Source: the human T2T-CHM13v2.0 reference genome, Homo sapiens
Direction: 5' to 3' (one strand)
Assembly (NCBI RefSeq): GCF_009914755.1
Contig: NC_060943.1
DNA: 64,000 nt
In this document: piece after piece, positions 1 to 20,416 of the stretch
Position numbering within the stretch: position 1 is the stretch's first letter
How the letters are laid out: the number at the start of each line of letters is the position of its first letter
The notes under the pieces: model-generated
What the model was told of the DNA's origin: nothing
Database searches by the model: none
Seen by the model: the letters and a program-made list of their open reading frames with translations, nothing else
Program-made: the position numbers and the translations under genes

Positions 1-53
1 AGTTCACCAGGACACCCCAGTATTTCAAGCCAGGAATGCCCTTCCACTTTCGG
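1..53 (+). pseudogene. C3P1: C3P1 exon (C3 ex10-equivalent, 3' part)
   Basis: FTRTPQYFKPGMPFHFR resembles C3 FTKTPKYFKPGMPFDLM; donor gtcaga at 54. Confidence 0.85.
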
Positions 54-691
54 GTCAGAGTCTGGACTCACTACACCCAGGGACTCAGGGCCCCCTCCCC
101 AAAGCAGACTTCCCACAAAGAGACAAAAACCCACACTGGACTCACCTGCATCCAACTCATCTGAAGGTTGAGTCTATCATGTTCCCCAGACTAATCCCAG
201 AGTCCCCCCAAACCTTAACCCTAAAGCACAGTGATGGCTCCAGAATTTCTCTGTGGGGACTTAGAGGCCACAATCAGGCTGGAAGTTGGTGTTTGAAAGT
301 TTATCTAGAGGCTGCATTTGCACATCAAAGCATGGCCTTTTCACATATATTAATTTGGATGGGCATTAGGAAAGTCAGGGATATCCTTTGGCACCAATCC
401 TACTCCAAGTCTCCTATAGGCTCTCATGTGTCCTCCTTCCCTCTCCACTCTCAGTCTTCCCACTCACCATCAGCTCTGCAACACCCAGGATAACCACATG
501 TGGTTGTACACTGCAAAGCTCTAGGAGGTGCCATTCATAAAAACTCCAATATGAATGGTGCCCCCGGTGTTGTTTAGTGCACCATGTATAAAGTTGTACA
601 AAGCAGTCCTATTCAGATCATATTCCAGTCTCACCTCTCACACCAGGCCACTGCAGGCTTTTCCTTCACCTTACCCCAGATTCCACCTCAG

Positions 692-832
692 GTCTTCATC
701 TCAAATCCTGATGGGTCCCCAGCTTCCAGAGTCCTTGTCCACTCCCAAGACCAAAAAGTGTACACCTCAGCTGAGGGGTTGGCCACTCTGACCATCAACA
801 CAGATGCAAATCTGGACAAGCTCCCCATCGAG
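692..832 (+). pseudogene. C3P1: C3P1 exon (ex11-eq)
   Basis: VFISNPDGSPASRV...LPIE; ag/gt boundaries. Confidence 0.9.
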
Positions 833-918
833 GTACCAACTTGACAAGGCAAGGAGGGTGGGATTAGAGCTGTGTGAGTTGGAAGGGTTGGGGTTTACTT
901 GCCCATCATCCTCCCTAG

Positions 919-1128
919 GTGAAAACTGAGGAATCTCTTCAGCCAGAGGAGCAGGCTTCAGCCAAGATGACAGCTTGGCCTTACTTGACTCAGGATGGGT
1001 CAGGAAACTTCCTACACATCGAAGTAAAGACATTGGGCACAGAGGTTGGCAGCAGCATCCAGCTGAGCCTCAACACAAGGCATCAGGACCCTAAAACCAA
1101 GGACAAGATTACTCACTTCACCATCCTG
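919..1128 (+). pseudogene. C3P1: C3P1 exon (ex12-eq)
   Basis: VKTEESLQPEEQA...ITHFTIL; 210 nt; ag/gtgagg. Confidence 0.9.
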
Positions 1129-1355
1129 GTGAGGGGCTAGGACCAGGGTCTGAGTCAAGGAATTCTTTCCTTGGAAAAACCTTGGCTTGCTGAGTTGGAG
1201 AAACTATGAAAAAAGATGTGAAGGTGGCAACAATCTTGAGTGGGCTCAGATCTAGAGGCTGAAGAAAAGAGACTATGAGCCTCCATTGTGGGATGGGACA
1301 GATTCAGAGAAAGACTGGCCCTCCCTTCTCATCCTTGACCTCCCTTGTCTTCAAG

Positions 1356-1565
1356 GTCCTGAGTAAGGGCCAGACCGTGAGTGCCAAACATCAGTCAAAA
1401 AGCCAGGGGAGTGTCTACACATCAGCCATTATTGATGTGACTTCAGCGATGCTGCCCTCCTTCCGCATTCTGGCCTTTTATTTACTTCCCAGAGGAGCAA
1501 GCCAAGACCCTGAGTTGGTGGCTGATTCCATATGGATTGATGTGAATGACAGATGCATAGGGATG
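1356..1565 (+). pseudogene. C3P1: C3P1 exon (ex13-eq)
   Basis: MLPSFRILAFY...LVADSIWIDVNDRCIGM; donor gtaag. Confidence 0.92.
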
Positions 1566-1854
1566 GTAAGCCAAACTCCTTGTAGTTGTGCATCACCATC
1601 ATAAAGCCCCAGAAAGGGGCTGTACAAGTTTAGGCATTCCCAAACTAGAAGCCAGGGAAGAGAAGGAGAATATGTGGCCTTAAGAGCTCAACACAAGGTG
1701 TGGCGGTGATGCAAGTAAATAAATATACGGAGTTGGGATTAGCCTAGTGGAGTTCCCAGATGCTCCACCAGAGCAGTAGGGAACGTAAGCCTGAAAGTGT
1801 AGTTGTGTGGTCTATGATTCCCTTTTTCTGACATCTCTCTTTTTCTTGGCTCAG

Positions 1855-2016
1855 CTGAAAGTTGGCTTGAAGAATGATAGATTCTTCCAGTCTTTGGAGC
1901 CCAACAGCCAAGTCGAACTGAAGGTGACAGGTGATGCAGAAGCCACAGTGGGGCTGGTGGCTGTGGACAAGGCTGTCTATGTCTTGAACAGCAAACACAA
2001 GCTCACTCAGAAGAAG
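1855..2016 (+). pseudogene. C3P1: C3P1 exon (ex14-eq)
   Basis: VGLVAVDKAVYVLNSKHKLTQKK; donor gtaag. Confidence 0.92.
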
Positions 2017-2278
2017 GTAAGAGCATGTGGGCTTTGGGCCAAGATGTTGCCAGGATATTCTAGCTGGAGCCTCAGCTTCTTCAGCCATAAAGAGGACAAC
2101 ATCAATGTAAGGATTCAAGGAGATGGTGCAAAGTCTAATGACTGAAAGGTGATAAGAGCTCAAAAAATGGGAGATAGTATGAGAATTATGATTTGAGCCT
2201 GCAATTCCAGTACACCATTTCTCCTTTCATGGAGGAGTCATACAGGTCCCAAATCCAGGTTCCTGTCTTGACCTCTAG

Positions 2279-2408
2279 GTCTGGAATGTGGTGGAGGAAC
2301 ATGACATTGGCTGCACAGGAGGAAGTGGGAAAGACAGATTTGCTGTGTTCAAGGATGCTGGATTGGACCTGAAAATCAGCACAGGAATGGATAGCCTGGC
2401 AAGCTCAG
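2279..2408 (+). pseudogene. C3P1: C3P1 exon (ex15-eq), non-canonical GC donor
   Basis: VWNVVEEHDIGCTGGSGKD...; 130 nt as in C3; followed by gcacag rather than gt. Confidence 0.8.
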
Positions 2409-3265
2409 GCACAGGCTTTGGGGGTTGGGGCAAGAGGAGGGCAGAAATGGGTGCAGTGCTGCCTACTTGGTTTTAGTGTCAAACAGATATGGGCTGTAAT
2501 CCACATCCTGTCACTTACCATGGGCCAGTCACATTTCTCTCTGAGTCTTGATTTCTTTGTCCATAAAATAGAGATAATAATAGAAGTAACTCACAGTGTG
2601 TTGGTTAAGACAGGGTTAGCCATGTGTATCAAATATACAAATAACAGTAGGTCAAACAGGTAGTTTATTTCTCATTCAGTAACACTACAGAGGTCATCCT
2701 GGGACTCGGACTCCTTCTAGGAGTCCATCCATGCCAGGCAGCAAGATGAAGGGAAGTGGAAAGGGGAGGACACTTCTTCCACATCTCATTGGCCAGAATA
2801 TAGTCACATGGCCCCACCTAAGTGCAAGAGAGGCTGGGAAATGTAGTCTTTATTCTGTGTGATCTATACAATATGGAGGCTTACTTGTCACAGATGAGGG
2901 ATGATAATGGATTTGGAGACAACTAAGAGTGTATTCTCTCAGCTATAAATTGTAATATTAATAATAGTTCTTATTTATTACATGCCAGGTCCAGTGCTAA
3001 GTATTTGTATATGCATTATCTCATTGATAGAACTATGATTATGCCCATTTTACGTCACTGGGGAAATTAACACCCAGAGAGGTTAAGTGACTTATTGAAA
3101 ATCGCCCAGCTTTTAAGTGACAAGTCTTGAATATAGGAGGCTGTCAGATGAAATGAAGTGATGCATATAAAGTGCTGGACATACAGCAAACACCCAATAA
3201 ACATCATCAAGGATATTGATAATGATCTTGGCGGTTGTTCTATCATCATTCCCTCTGACCCCCAG

Positions 3266-3343
3266 ACTAGCCCTGCCCCCAGGACCCTCCTCCCAGCCGC
3301 CATCGCCGCTCCCTGAAGAGGCTGGAGACAAAAAGGAATGCAG
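3266..3343 (+). pseudogene. C3P1: C3P1 exon (ex16-eq): beta/alpha linker RHRR, premature TAG
   Basis: D*PCPQDPPPSRHRRSLKRLETKRNA; cag acceptor and gtcagt donor. Confidence 0.85.
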
Positions 3344-3813
3344 GTCAGTGTTAAAGCTGTATGTCTCCCTCCATCTCCCCAACTTAAAGTATCCATCAGG
3401 GCTTAGAACAGGACACCAAAACCACTCAATGTATTTCCAGCAGGGAGGGATCTAATAGGGGGAGTTTGGTGCTTACAAAATCATTAGATGGGCTTTTGGG
3501 GTGGAAGTTGGAAGGCTGCTTGCTGGGACTCAAGATCACCCACTTCAGTCTTGCAATCCATGAAATATCAGGAAACTGCTGCCAATATCTCTCAAAGGGC
3601 TGGTAGGTTGATAATCAAACACGAAATCATGCCCATTACAAAAACACACATAGACTAGAGCCCACCCATCAGCTACCACTGCTGCAGGAAAAATGGTTTC
3701 TGCTTCTCTTCTATCTCCCAGATCTCTCATAAAAGCATCTCAGTGGCTGCATCTAATCCCATTCAGAACCCTAGCAGCAAGGGAGTCTGGGAAATGTAGT
3801 TTTCAGATGTCTA

Positions 3814-4332
<519 letters not shown>

Positions 4333-4558
4333 CTAAGCAAATGAATTCACGTCTCTGTGGCTCAGCTTCCTTGTCAGAATCTCACCATGTGAGTTCAATA
4401 TGAGGCTTCAGAAAGGGCACAGATAAGGTACTAGGCATAGAATCTACCACAGAGTAATTGCTAAATAGTGGCAAGGTGTGCATAGCATCAAGGTGAATGG
4501 GTCCCAGCTTCTTAGGTCCTGCCCAACCCTCCTCTTTCCCTCTGACTCTGGCCCACAG

Positions 4559-4756
4559 TGAACAAGTTTAAGACAGAGCTGGAGCAAAAGTGCTGTGAGG
4601 CTGGGCTCCGGGAGAGCCCAGTGGGGCTGTCTTGTGAGGAGAGGACCTGGCATGTCCGCCATGGTCCAGCCTGTGTGGCTGCTTTCCTGGACTGCTGCCA
4701 TCTGTCTGAGACCCTGACTCGGGAGGCTCGAGAGGATCAATTGCATCTGGGGACAA
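4559..4756 (+). pseudogene. C3P1: C3P1 exon (ex17-eq): anaphylatoxin domain
   Basis: KCCEAG...SCEER...ACVAAFLDCC six-Cys pattern; 198 nt. Confidence 0.93.
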
Positions 4757-4936
4757 GTGAGGGGGCTATGGCAGGAGATGCAGGGTGGGGGGCTTCATGG
4801 AGGGATATAGAGTGACATGGGACAGGTTAAGGGGTGATATGGGCCATGGAGGGTTGGAAAGGAGGACTCCACAAGGAGTCTGATGGAACATGGAAGAAAC
4901 ATGAAGGAGACTCCACCTCACACCTGCTCCCTCCAG

Positions 4937-5048
4937 CGGATGAAGAAGAGGACTTCGATGACCTCTTCTTGGATGACATGCCTGTGCGGACCTTGTTCCC
5001 CGAGAGTTGGCTCTGGAGGAAGTTCACTCTGCCAAAGAGTAAATCGGG
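4937..5048 (+). pseudogene. C3P1: C3P1 exon (ex18-eq)
   Basis: [26 protein letters not shown]; donor gtaag. Confidence 0.93.
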
Positions 5049-5331
5049 GTAAGACATCAGCCTCCATACCAGAATCTGGTCCCAGGTCCTTGCAATCATC
5101 AGTGGATGCTGGTCAGGGACAATGACCCCAGCAGTGACATCGAGCCTCAGGACAGTCCCATAATTGGGAAAACATCTTAATGGATTCCCTAAAAGGATGA
5201 CCCTCTAGTGAGGCTGTCACTAATGAGGTGATCTGATGATCCTCAATAGTGACCATAACCCCTGCATGGTGACCCCAAATCCAGAAGCTCTATCCAGCAC
5301 AAACTCAGTGATGTTTTCTCACTCACAACAG

Positions 5332-5417
5332 CATCTCCCATTACCCCATCTCTGTGAAGGTGCCAGATTCCATCACCACGTGGCAGTTTGTGGTGGTCAG
5401 CCTCAAGGCTGGACAAG
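5332..5417 (+). pseudogene. C3P1: C3P1 exon (ex19-eq)
   Basis: [24 protein letters not shown]; 86 nt. Confidence 0.92.
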
Positions 5418-5525
5418 GTGAGCCGCAGCAAGCCCAGTGCCAAGGGAATGGGGGTATGGTGACCTTACCCAGCCCCTCCCCCAACGGAGCCTCTGCTTAA
5501 ACCCAATGTGCTCTCCTGGCTGTAG

Positions 5526-6750
<1,225 letters not shown>

Positions 6751-6752
6751 CC

Positions 6753-6769
6753 AAGAAAGAAAGAGAGAA

Positions 6770-6810
<41 letters not shown>

Positions 6811-7165
6811 AAGAAGAAGAAGAAGAAGAAGAAGAAGAAGAAGAAGAAGAAGAAGAAGAGGAGGAGGAGGAGGAGGAGGAGGAGGAGGAGGAAGAGGAAG
6901 AGGAAGAGGAAGAGGAAGAAGGAGGAGGAGGAGGAAAGAAAGAAAGAAGGAAAGAAAGAAAGAGAGAGAGGGAGGGAGGGAGAAAGAGAGAAAGAAAGAA
7001 AGAGAAAGAAGAAAGAAAAAGAAAGAAGAAAGAGAAAGAGAAAGAAAAAGAAAGAAAAAGAAAGAAAGAAGGAAGAAGAAAGAAAGAATGAATGAAAGAA
7101 AGAAAGGAAGGAAGGAAGGAAGGAAGGAAGGAAGGAAGGAAGGAAGGAAGGACGGAAAAGGAGAA
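6753..7165 (+). repeat. Compound polypurine microsatellite (GA)n-(AAG)17-(AGG)11-(GAAA)n-(GGAA)11
   Basis: Read directly from the sequence. Confidence 0.95.
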
Positions 7166-7169
7166 AAGG

Positions 7170-7991
<822 letters not shown>

Positions 7992-8233
7992 CTATTATTG
8001 TTCTTGGTTTACAGATGAGGAAATTGAGGCACAGAGAGGTTAAAGGGCTTGCCTGGAGTCACACAGCACATAAATGGCAGATGGGGCTCTGACTCAGGCT
8101 GGGTCTGTGGTCCTCATCACTAGGCTTTGCTGTCACCTATGCAGGCATCTCAGGGTGGGGAGGGGACTGTGACCCTAGGGTCCTGGACCACACCATACAT
8201 AGATACCCCATCCCTTTGCCCATCCTGCCCTAG

Positions 8234-8440
8234 GTCCGAGTGGAGTTCCCCCACAAGGAGACACTGTGCAGTGCGTCAAAGCCAGGAGCACCATCCCACC
8301 AGGTAGTGGTCGTGCCCCCCACCTCCTCCAAGATAGTACACTTTGTGCTTCTCCCTCTGGAGACAGGCAAAGTGGACGTGGAGGTCAAGGCTGTGGGCTA
8401 CGGGGTCCAGGACCATGTGAAGAAGACACTCTTGGTCCGG
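8234..8440 (+). pseudogene. C3P1: C3P1 exon (ex21-eq)
   Basis: [13 protein letters not shown]...VEVKAVG...[10 protein letters not shown]. Confidence 0.92.
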
Positions 8441-8581
8441 GTAATGGGCACTCCCAACTCACTAGCTGCTGGTGCAGACAGCGGGGCTTCCACCAGGTCC
8501 AGGCTGGGCAGGTGGGCCCAGGATCGATAAGCAAGGCTCCTAGATGGGAGTGAGGTGAGAAAGAACAGATTTGAAAGTTCA

Positions 8582-10265
<1,684 letters not shown>

Positions 10266-10537
10266 CTAATTCAGCCCTCCAAACAACCCTATGAGTGAGG
10301 GACTATTCTTATCCCCCTTTGATATATGAGAAAACTGAGGCAGAGAGAGGGTAACTAATTTTCCCAAGGACACACAGCTAGGAAGCAGAAGAGCTGGGAT
10401 TCGAACCCAGGTATTTGGGCTCCAGAGTCTGTGCTTATCACAGCCAAGCAATGCCTCCTCTCACCATCACTGCGATTGTCATTCTGACTGTGATTGCTGT
10501 TTTTGCTTTTGACTTATATCCTCATCTCATCCCTCAG

Positions 10538-10589
10538 GCAGGGGTTCAGATCCAGCAAACGTCCTATAGCATCGTCCTGGAACCCCAAG
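10538..10589 (+). pseudogene. C3P1: C3P1 exon (ex22-eq)
   Basis: AGVQIQQTSYSIVLEPQ; phase fits neighbouring exons. Confidence 0.78.
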
Positions 10590-10764
10590 GTTTGTGAGAT
10601 CTGCAGGGGGCCTGTGAGATCCTGGGGCTGTGCTAGGGAGGAGGAAGCAGTTGGCATGAGGGGATATGCTCAGATAGGGATTCTGAGCCCCAGCCCCGGG
10701 CTCTGTGCACCCTGACTTCCCCAGCCCCAGAGCCCACTTGTCACAGAAGGTTGTGGTTATTCAG

Positions 10765-10851
10765 GTCAGACCCAGACAAAACTGGTGCCAAGACAGGAGT
10801 TCTTGAACATGGTACCCGACACGGAGGCGGAAGTGTTTATCAGTGTTCAAG
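10765..10851 (+). pseudogene. C3P1: C3P1 exon (ex23-eq)
   Basis: [29 protein letters not shown]; 87 nt. Confidence 0.88.
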
Positions 10852-11006
10852 GTGCTGGGGGACACAGGGACATGGGGAGGGCTGACGCTGGGTTCTCTAA
10901 GGTCCGTGAGGCACCAGAGCAGGAGGAGCCGTGTGGGGCGATCAGTAAACCACTGTGGCTTAAGCATAGGCCACTCCCAGGGTGACCCAACTCACCCACC
11001 TGACAG

Positions 11007-11210
11007 GTGACATCCTTGGTGAGACAATTGTGGGCAGCCTGACACCCAGTGAGATTCAGCAGCTGCTGCGGGTCCCCACGGGCTGCCCTGAGCAGACGCT
11101 GAGCTCCCTGACGCCCGTCATCATCCTGTCCCGCTATTTGGATACCACCGGCCAGTGGGGCAAGGTCGGGGTGGAGCACAGGGACCAGGTGATGAAGAAT
11201 ATTGTCAGCG
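11007..11210 (+). pseudogene. C3P1: C3P1 exon (ex24-eq): thioester-site exon (GCPEQ)
   Basis: VPTGCPEQTLSSLTPV...YLDTTGQW; 204 nt. Confidence 0.95.
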
Positions 11211-11454
11211 GTGAGAGCGGGGACCCTCCTGGGGCCTCCAAGAGGGTGCCTGGGGATCTCCCGGAGGGTGGCTGGGGCACCCCCAGGATTGGGGAAATCT
11301 TCATGGGACCCCCCAGCCCCCGCCTCAGGCATTAACACCCAAACTATGACTCCTTCCCCAGACTACAACCTGATACCAATTCCCCAACGTCATCCCCCAG
11401 CTGTGACACACCCATGGGAATTCTTCACCTGACCACTTTCCCAGGCTTTAATCT

Positions 11455-11940
11455 TTTTTTTTTTTTTTTTTTTTTGCAATGGAGTTTCATTCTGTCACCC
11501 AGGCTGAAGTGCACTGGTGTGATCTTGGCTCACCGCAACCTCCGCCTCCCAGGTTCAAGCCATTCTGCGGCCTCAGCCTCCCGAGTAACTGGGATTACAG
11601 GTGCCCGCCACCATGTCTGGCTAATTTTTGTATTTTTACTTTTATTTATTTATTTATTTTGAGACGGACTCTCACTCTGTCACCCAAGCTGGAGTGTAGT
11701 GGCACAGTTTCGGCTCACTGCAACCTCCGCCTCCTGAGTTCAAGTGATTCTCCTGCCTCAGCCTCCTGCGTAGCTGGGATTACAGGTGCCCGCCACCACA
11801 CTCAGCTAATTTTTGGATTTTTAGTACAGATGGGGTTTTGCCATGTTGGCCAAGCTGCTCTAGAACTCCTGACCTCAGGTGATCCACCTGCCTTGGCCTC
11901 CCTAAGTGCTGGGATTACAGGTGTGAGCCACCGCGCCAGA
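11455..11940 (-). mobile_element. Alu cluster
   Basis: Alu consensus. Confidence 0.85.
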
Positions 11941-12301
11941 CCTCCAGGCTTCAGTCTTATGACAGACACCCTGATTTCTCCCAAAAAGCCATCCTGCGAG
12001 AGGATGTTATACTCAGGCCCTGCCCCAGGTTACACCCGCTCAGTGCCACTCCCAGGGAACCCTAGGGAACACCCAAGCAGCAAACCCCAGAATAACCCCA
12101 GGCAGTGGGCTCTTGGTTGCACCTGTATGCTGATACTTCCCCAGGTTACAACCACACACCCCAGGGAGCAACCAGAGATGAACACCCCTAGTAACACCCA
12201 TAGACCTCTGAGTTAATTGGTCCCAGGTTACCCTCAGACTCCAACTTTCCCTCCAGGTTTTCTCAAGCAGTAATCCCACAGGTAATGTCCAGATACTGTC
12301 A

Positions 12302-13287
<986 letters not shown>

Positions 13288-13481
13288 TCAAAGTCATTCC
13301 TGAGCCCTGCTCCTCACTTACATCTGGGCCCTAAACACCCCTCCAAAGTACACCTGGACAACAGGTCTCCCCTTCTAGATTACCTGTATGTGTGACACCC
13401 CCATGTCACCTCCAGTCCCTGCCCGCCAGGTTATTCCTGATAACACTGACTGTCCCTCAAAGCCCTGCTCTGTTTCCCCAG

Positions 13482-13557
13482 GCTACACTCGGATGCTGAC
13501 CCACCGGAGTTCAGACGGCACCTACCACACCTCCAAGGGGAACCCAGGAAGCACTTG
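13482..13557 (+). pseudogene. C3P1: C3P1 exon (ex25-eq)
   Basis: [15 protein letters not shown]...GSTW; 76 nt. Confidence 0.9.
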
Positions 13558-13827
13558 GTGAGGATGACCCTATCTCTCCTGCCACTGCCACCCTGGAAGC
13601 CCAAGGGTCCAGCCTGGGGTCTGATGACCCAGGAGCACCCACGCTGTAGAGTCATGGGGTCTTGGGGTGTCCGGCGCACGGCCCTGGGGCATTCTACACT
13701 GGCAGACCTGGGCAGCGGCGAATGACAGGGGTCCACCTGGAATGGTGTGGACCATGGTGTAGACTCCCCTATCCCAGAGCCCCCTTGACTGTGGTTCGCA
13801 GTTGTCACTTTCGCCCTCTCCTGACAG

Positions 13828-13996
13828 GCTCACAAGCTATGTGTTCCGCGTCTTTGCCCTGGCCTACTCTATGATGACGACCCAAGTGCTTAGCCTGTCC
13901 TCTCTCTGTGACATGGCCAACTGGATCATCATCGACAGGCAGGCAGAGGATGGGCACTTCCTGGAGAAGGGCCCTGTGGTCATGACATCCATGCAG
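13828..13996 (+). pseudogene. C3P1: C3P1 exon (ex26-eq)
   Basis: [12 protein letters not shown]...[19 protein letters not shown]. Confidence 0.92.
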
Positions 13997-14534
13997 GTGA
14001 CCACAGCCCTCCCTGCCTGGGCCATTCAAACAAATCCGAGGGACTCTGTGCACTAAGAGGGGGATTTCAGGCTCCCAATCTGTTCTCGGGCAGAATGAGA
14101 ACAGGAAAGAGCTGAGGCTCAGCGCCAAGGATCACATCCCCCCCAGTCTGAACCACCTCATACTCTGTTAGAATGTGGGTGAGGCTGGGCATATCTGGGA
14201 ACCCATCTCTTCTTCATCCCCACATCAAGCAGTGGCTCGCCCTGGCCCTCCTCCCTCAGGAACTGAGTCCTCCCCAGCTTGCATACCCATCCCCACCAAG
14301 AGTCCCCTCACACCAGCATCCAGAAATGTCTTTCAAATGCAGCCTGGCAGGTCTCTCCCCTGTTCAAACACCTGCTGTGGCTCACAGCTATCTTTGTCTG
14401 TATCACCTCCTAGGCCTCACCTCACCCCTCCCTTCTCACTATTCACACTTAACCACTCACGGGCTCCTCCAACTCTCCTCCAAAAAGCGCTTTTGCTGCC
14501 CTCTCTGCATGCACCAGGCCAAATTATTATTATT

Positions 14535-15955
<1,421 letters not shown>

Positions 15956-15956
15956 A

Positions 15957-16110
15957 CATGACCTTATAAGGACACCAGTTATTAGACTTAGGGTCCACCC
16001 TAATCCAGTATGACCTTTTCTTAATTTTAATTACATCCTCAAAGACCCAATTTCCAAATAAGATCACATCTTGAGGTCCCAGGTGAACATGAATTTTGGG
16101 GTCACTATTC
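15957..16110. mobile_element. MaLR (MLT1-like) LTR fragment
   Basis: cttataaggacaccagt...ccctaatccagtatgacc...tttccaaataag motifs typical of MLT1. Confidence 0.65.
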
Positions 16111-16332
16111 AAGTCCAGAGAGGGGAAGAGGGTGGAAGCCAGGGTACTAAAGTGGTGTTTGGACCCTGAGTTGGCCATTTTCTAGCAATGGGAAGACTTT
16201 GCCACTCTGACCTCAGTTTTCTCATCAGTAAAATGGGGCTGCTGCTAGAATTCTCTGAGATGGTCTACAGAGCTCAGCTTCTTGTGTTGATAGCTTTTTG
16301 TTTGTTTATTTGTTTTGTTTTGTTGTTTTTGA

Positions 16333-16735
<403 letters not shown>

Positions 16736-16792
16736 TGAGGAAGGCATCTCCAAGACGCTGAGGGAATCACAGATGGAACTCTGCATCCACAG

Positions 16793-16882
16793 GGTGGCTA
16801 CCAAGGCTCTGAGGAGGATGTATCCCGCACAGCTCTTGTCCTAATAGCCCTGAATGAGGGAAAGGAGTTGTGCAGACAGAAG
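16793..16882 (+). pseudogene. C3P1: C3P1 exon (ex27-eq)
   Basis: [30 protein letters not shown]. Confidence 0.88.
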
Positions 16883-17034
16883 GTAGGACCCCAGAGAGGA
16901 GGGCAGGATCTGTAAGGTCCTCTAGCCCCAGCATCTGGAAAGCTCCCCCACCCTCACATCCCTCTGGGTCCCTCTAACTCCCAGACTTCTTTCCTCTGAT
17001 CATCTCCCTCTGGCCCCTCCCTCTGACCCTCTAG

Positions 17035-17188
17035 AATTTGATGGCCAGCATCGAGAGAGCCCGTGGCTTCCTGGAGAGAAAACTTCCCGACATTCAGACA
17101 ACCTTTGCCGTAGCCATAGCCTCCTATGCACTGGCCCTTGCCAACAGCTCCCAAGCCAACGACTGCCTGGACAGCTTTGCCAGCCCTA
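17035..17188 (+). pseudogene. C3P1: C3P1 exon (ex28-eq)
   Basis: [10 protein letters not shown]...[13 protein letters not shown]; phase-1 donor gtgggt. Confidence 0.85.
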
Positions 17189-17406
17189 GTGGGTGTGGGA
17201 TGCTTCTTAATCAACCTCAGTCATGGAGTGGGGAGGGGGTGATCTCAAATCCAGCAATGTGTTATTCATCACTTAGTGTTTCCTGAGCATCCACTGTGTA
17301 TCACCTCCTGAGCTCAGACCCTGTGAGACCAAGGTGAGCAACACTGGTAAGTTCCCTGCCCTCAAGGGTCCCACCGTCCTTGGAAGAGACAATCAGAAGG
17401 TCACTA

Positions 17407-19925
<2,519 letters not shown>

Positions 19926-20040
19926 GTAGGTGATCAATAAGATGGCAGATGAGAAAACTGGGCCAGATGACACAAAGAGAGGGCAGGTTAAGGTGGGTGG
20001 GCCCAGCTCTGGGTGACAAGGCGGGCGTCCCTGTTTCTAG

Positions 20041-20213
20041 ACAAAACCCACTGGCCAGTGGATGAGCAGAATCTGGGCTCCCTGTACACCATTGAGGCCA
20101 CAGCCTATGGGCTCATGCAGAAGCTGGAGCTGGGCCGGTACAATGAGACACACGCCATAGCCAAGTGGCTACTAGAGAAGCAGGAGCTGGGAGGAGGCTT
20201 CAGGTCCACCCAG
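20041..20213 (+). pseudogene. C3P1: C3P1 exon (ex29-eq)
   Basis: LYTIEATAYGLM...KWLLEKQELGGGFRSTQ. Confidence 0.93.
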
Positions 20214-20284
20214 GTGATGGGGACCCCCGGGAGGTGAGGGCCAGAGTCACTAGCCGAAGTGCTGACTCGCCCAGCCCGACGGGG

Positions 20285-20317
<33 letters not shown>

Positions 20318-20416
20318 GCTGTCCGTGGTGCTGACACGCCGGCCGATGGTTTCTCGAGTGCTGTCTGTGGTACTGATCCACGTTCCCCCACCTCCCCGCC
20401 CCATTCCAACACTCAG

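Noticed and set aside
11479-12216. 245-aa ORF and many similar [11 protein letters not shown]-type ORFs
   Set aside because: Alu-derived translations.
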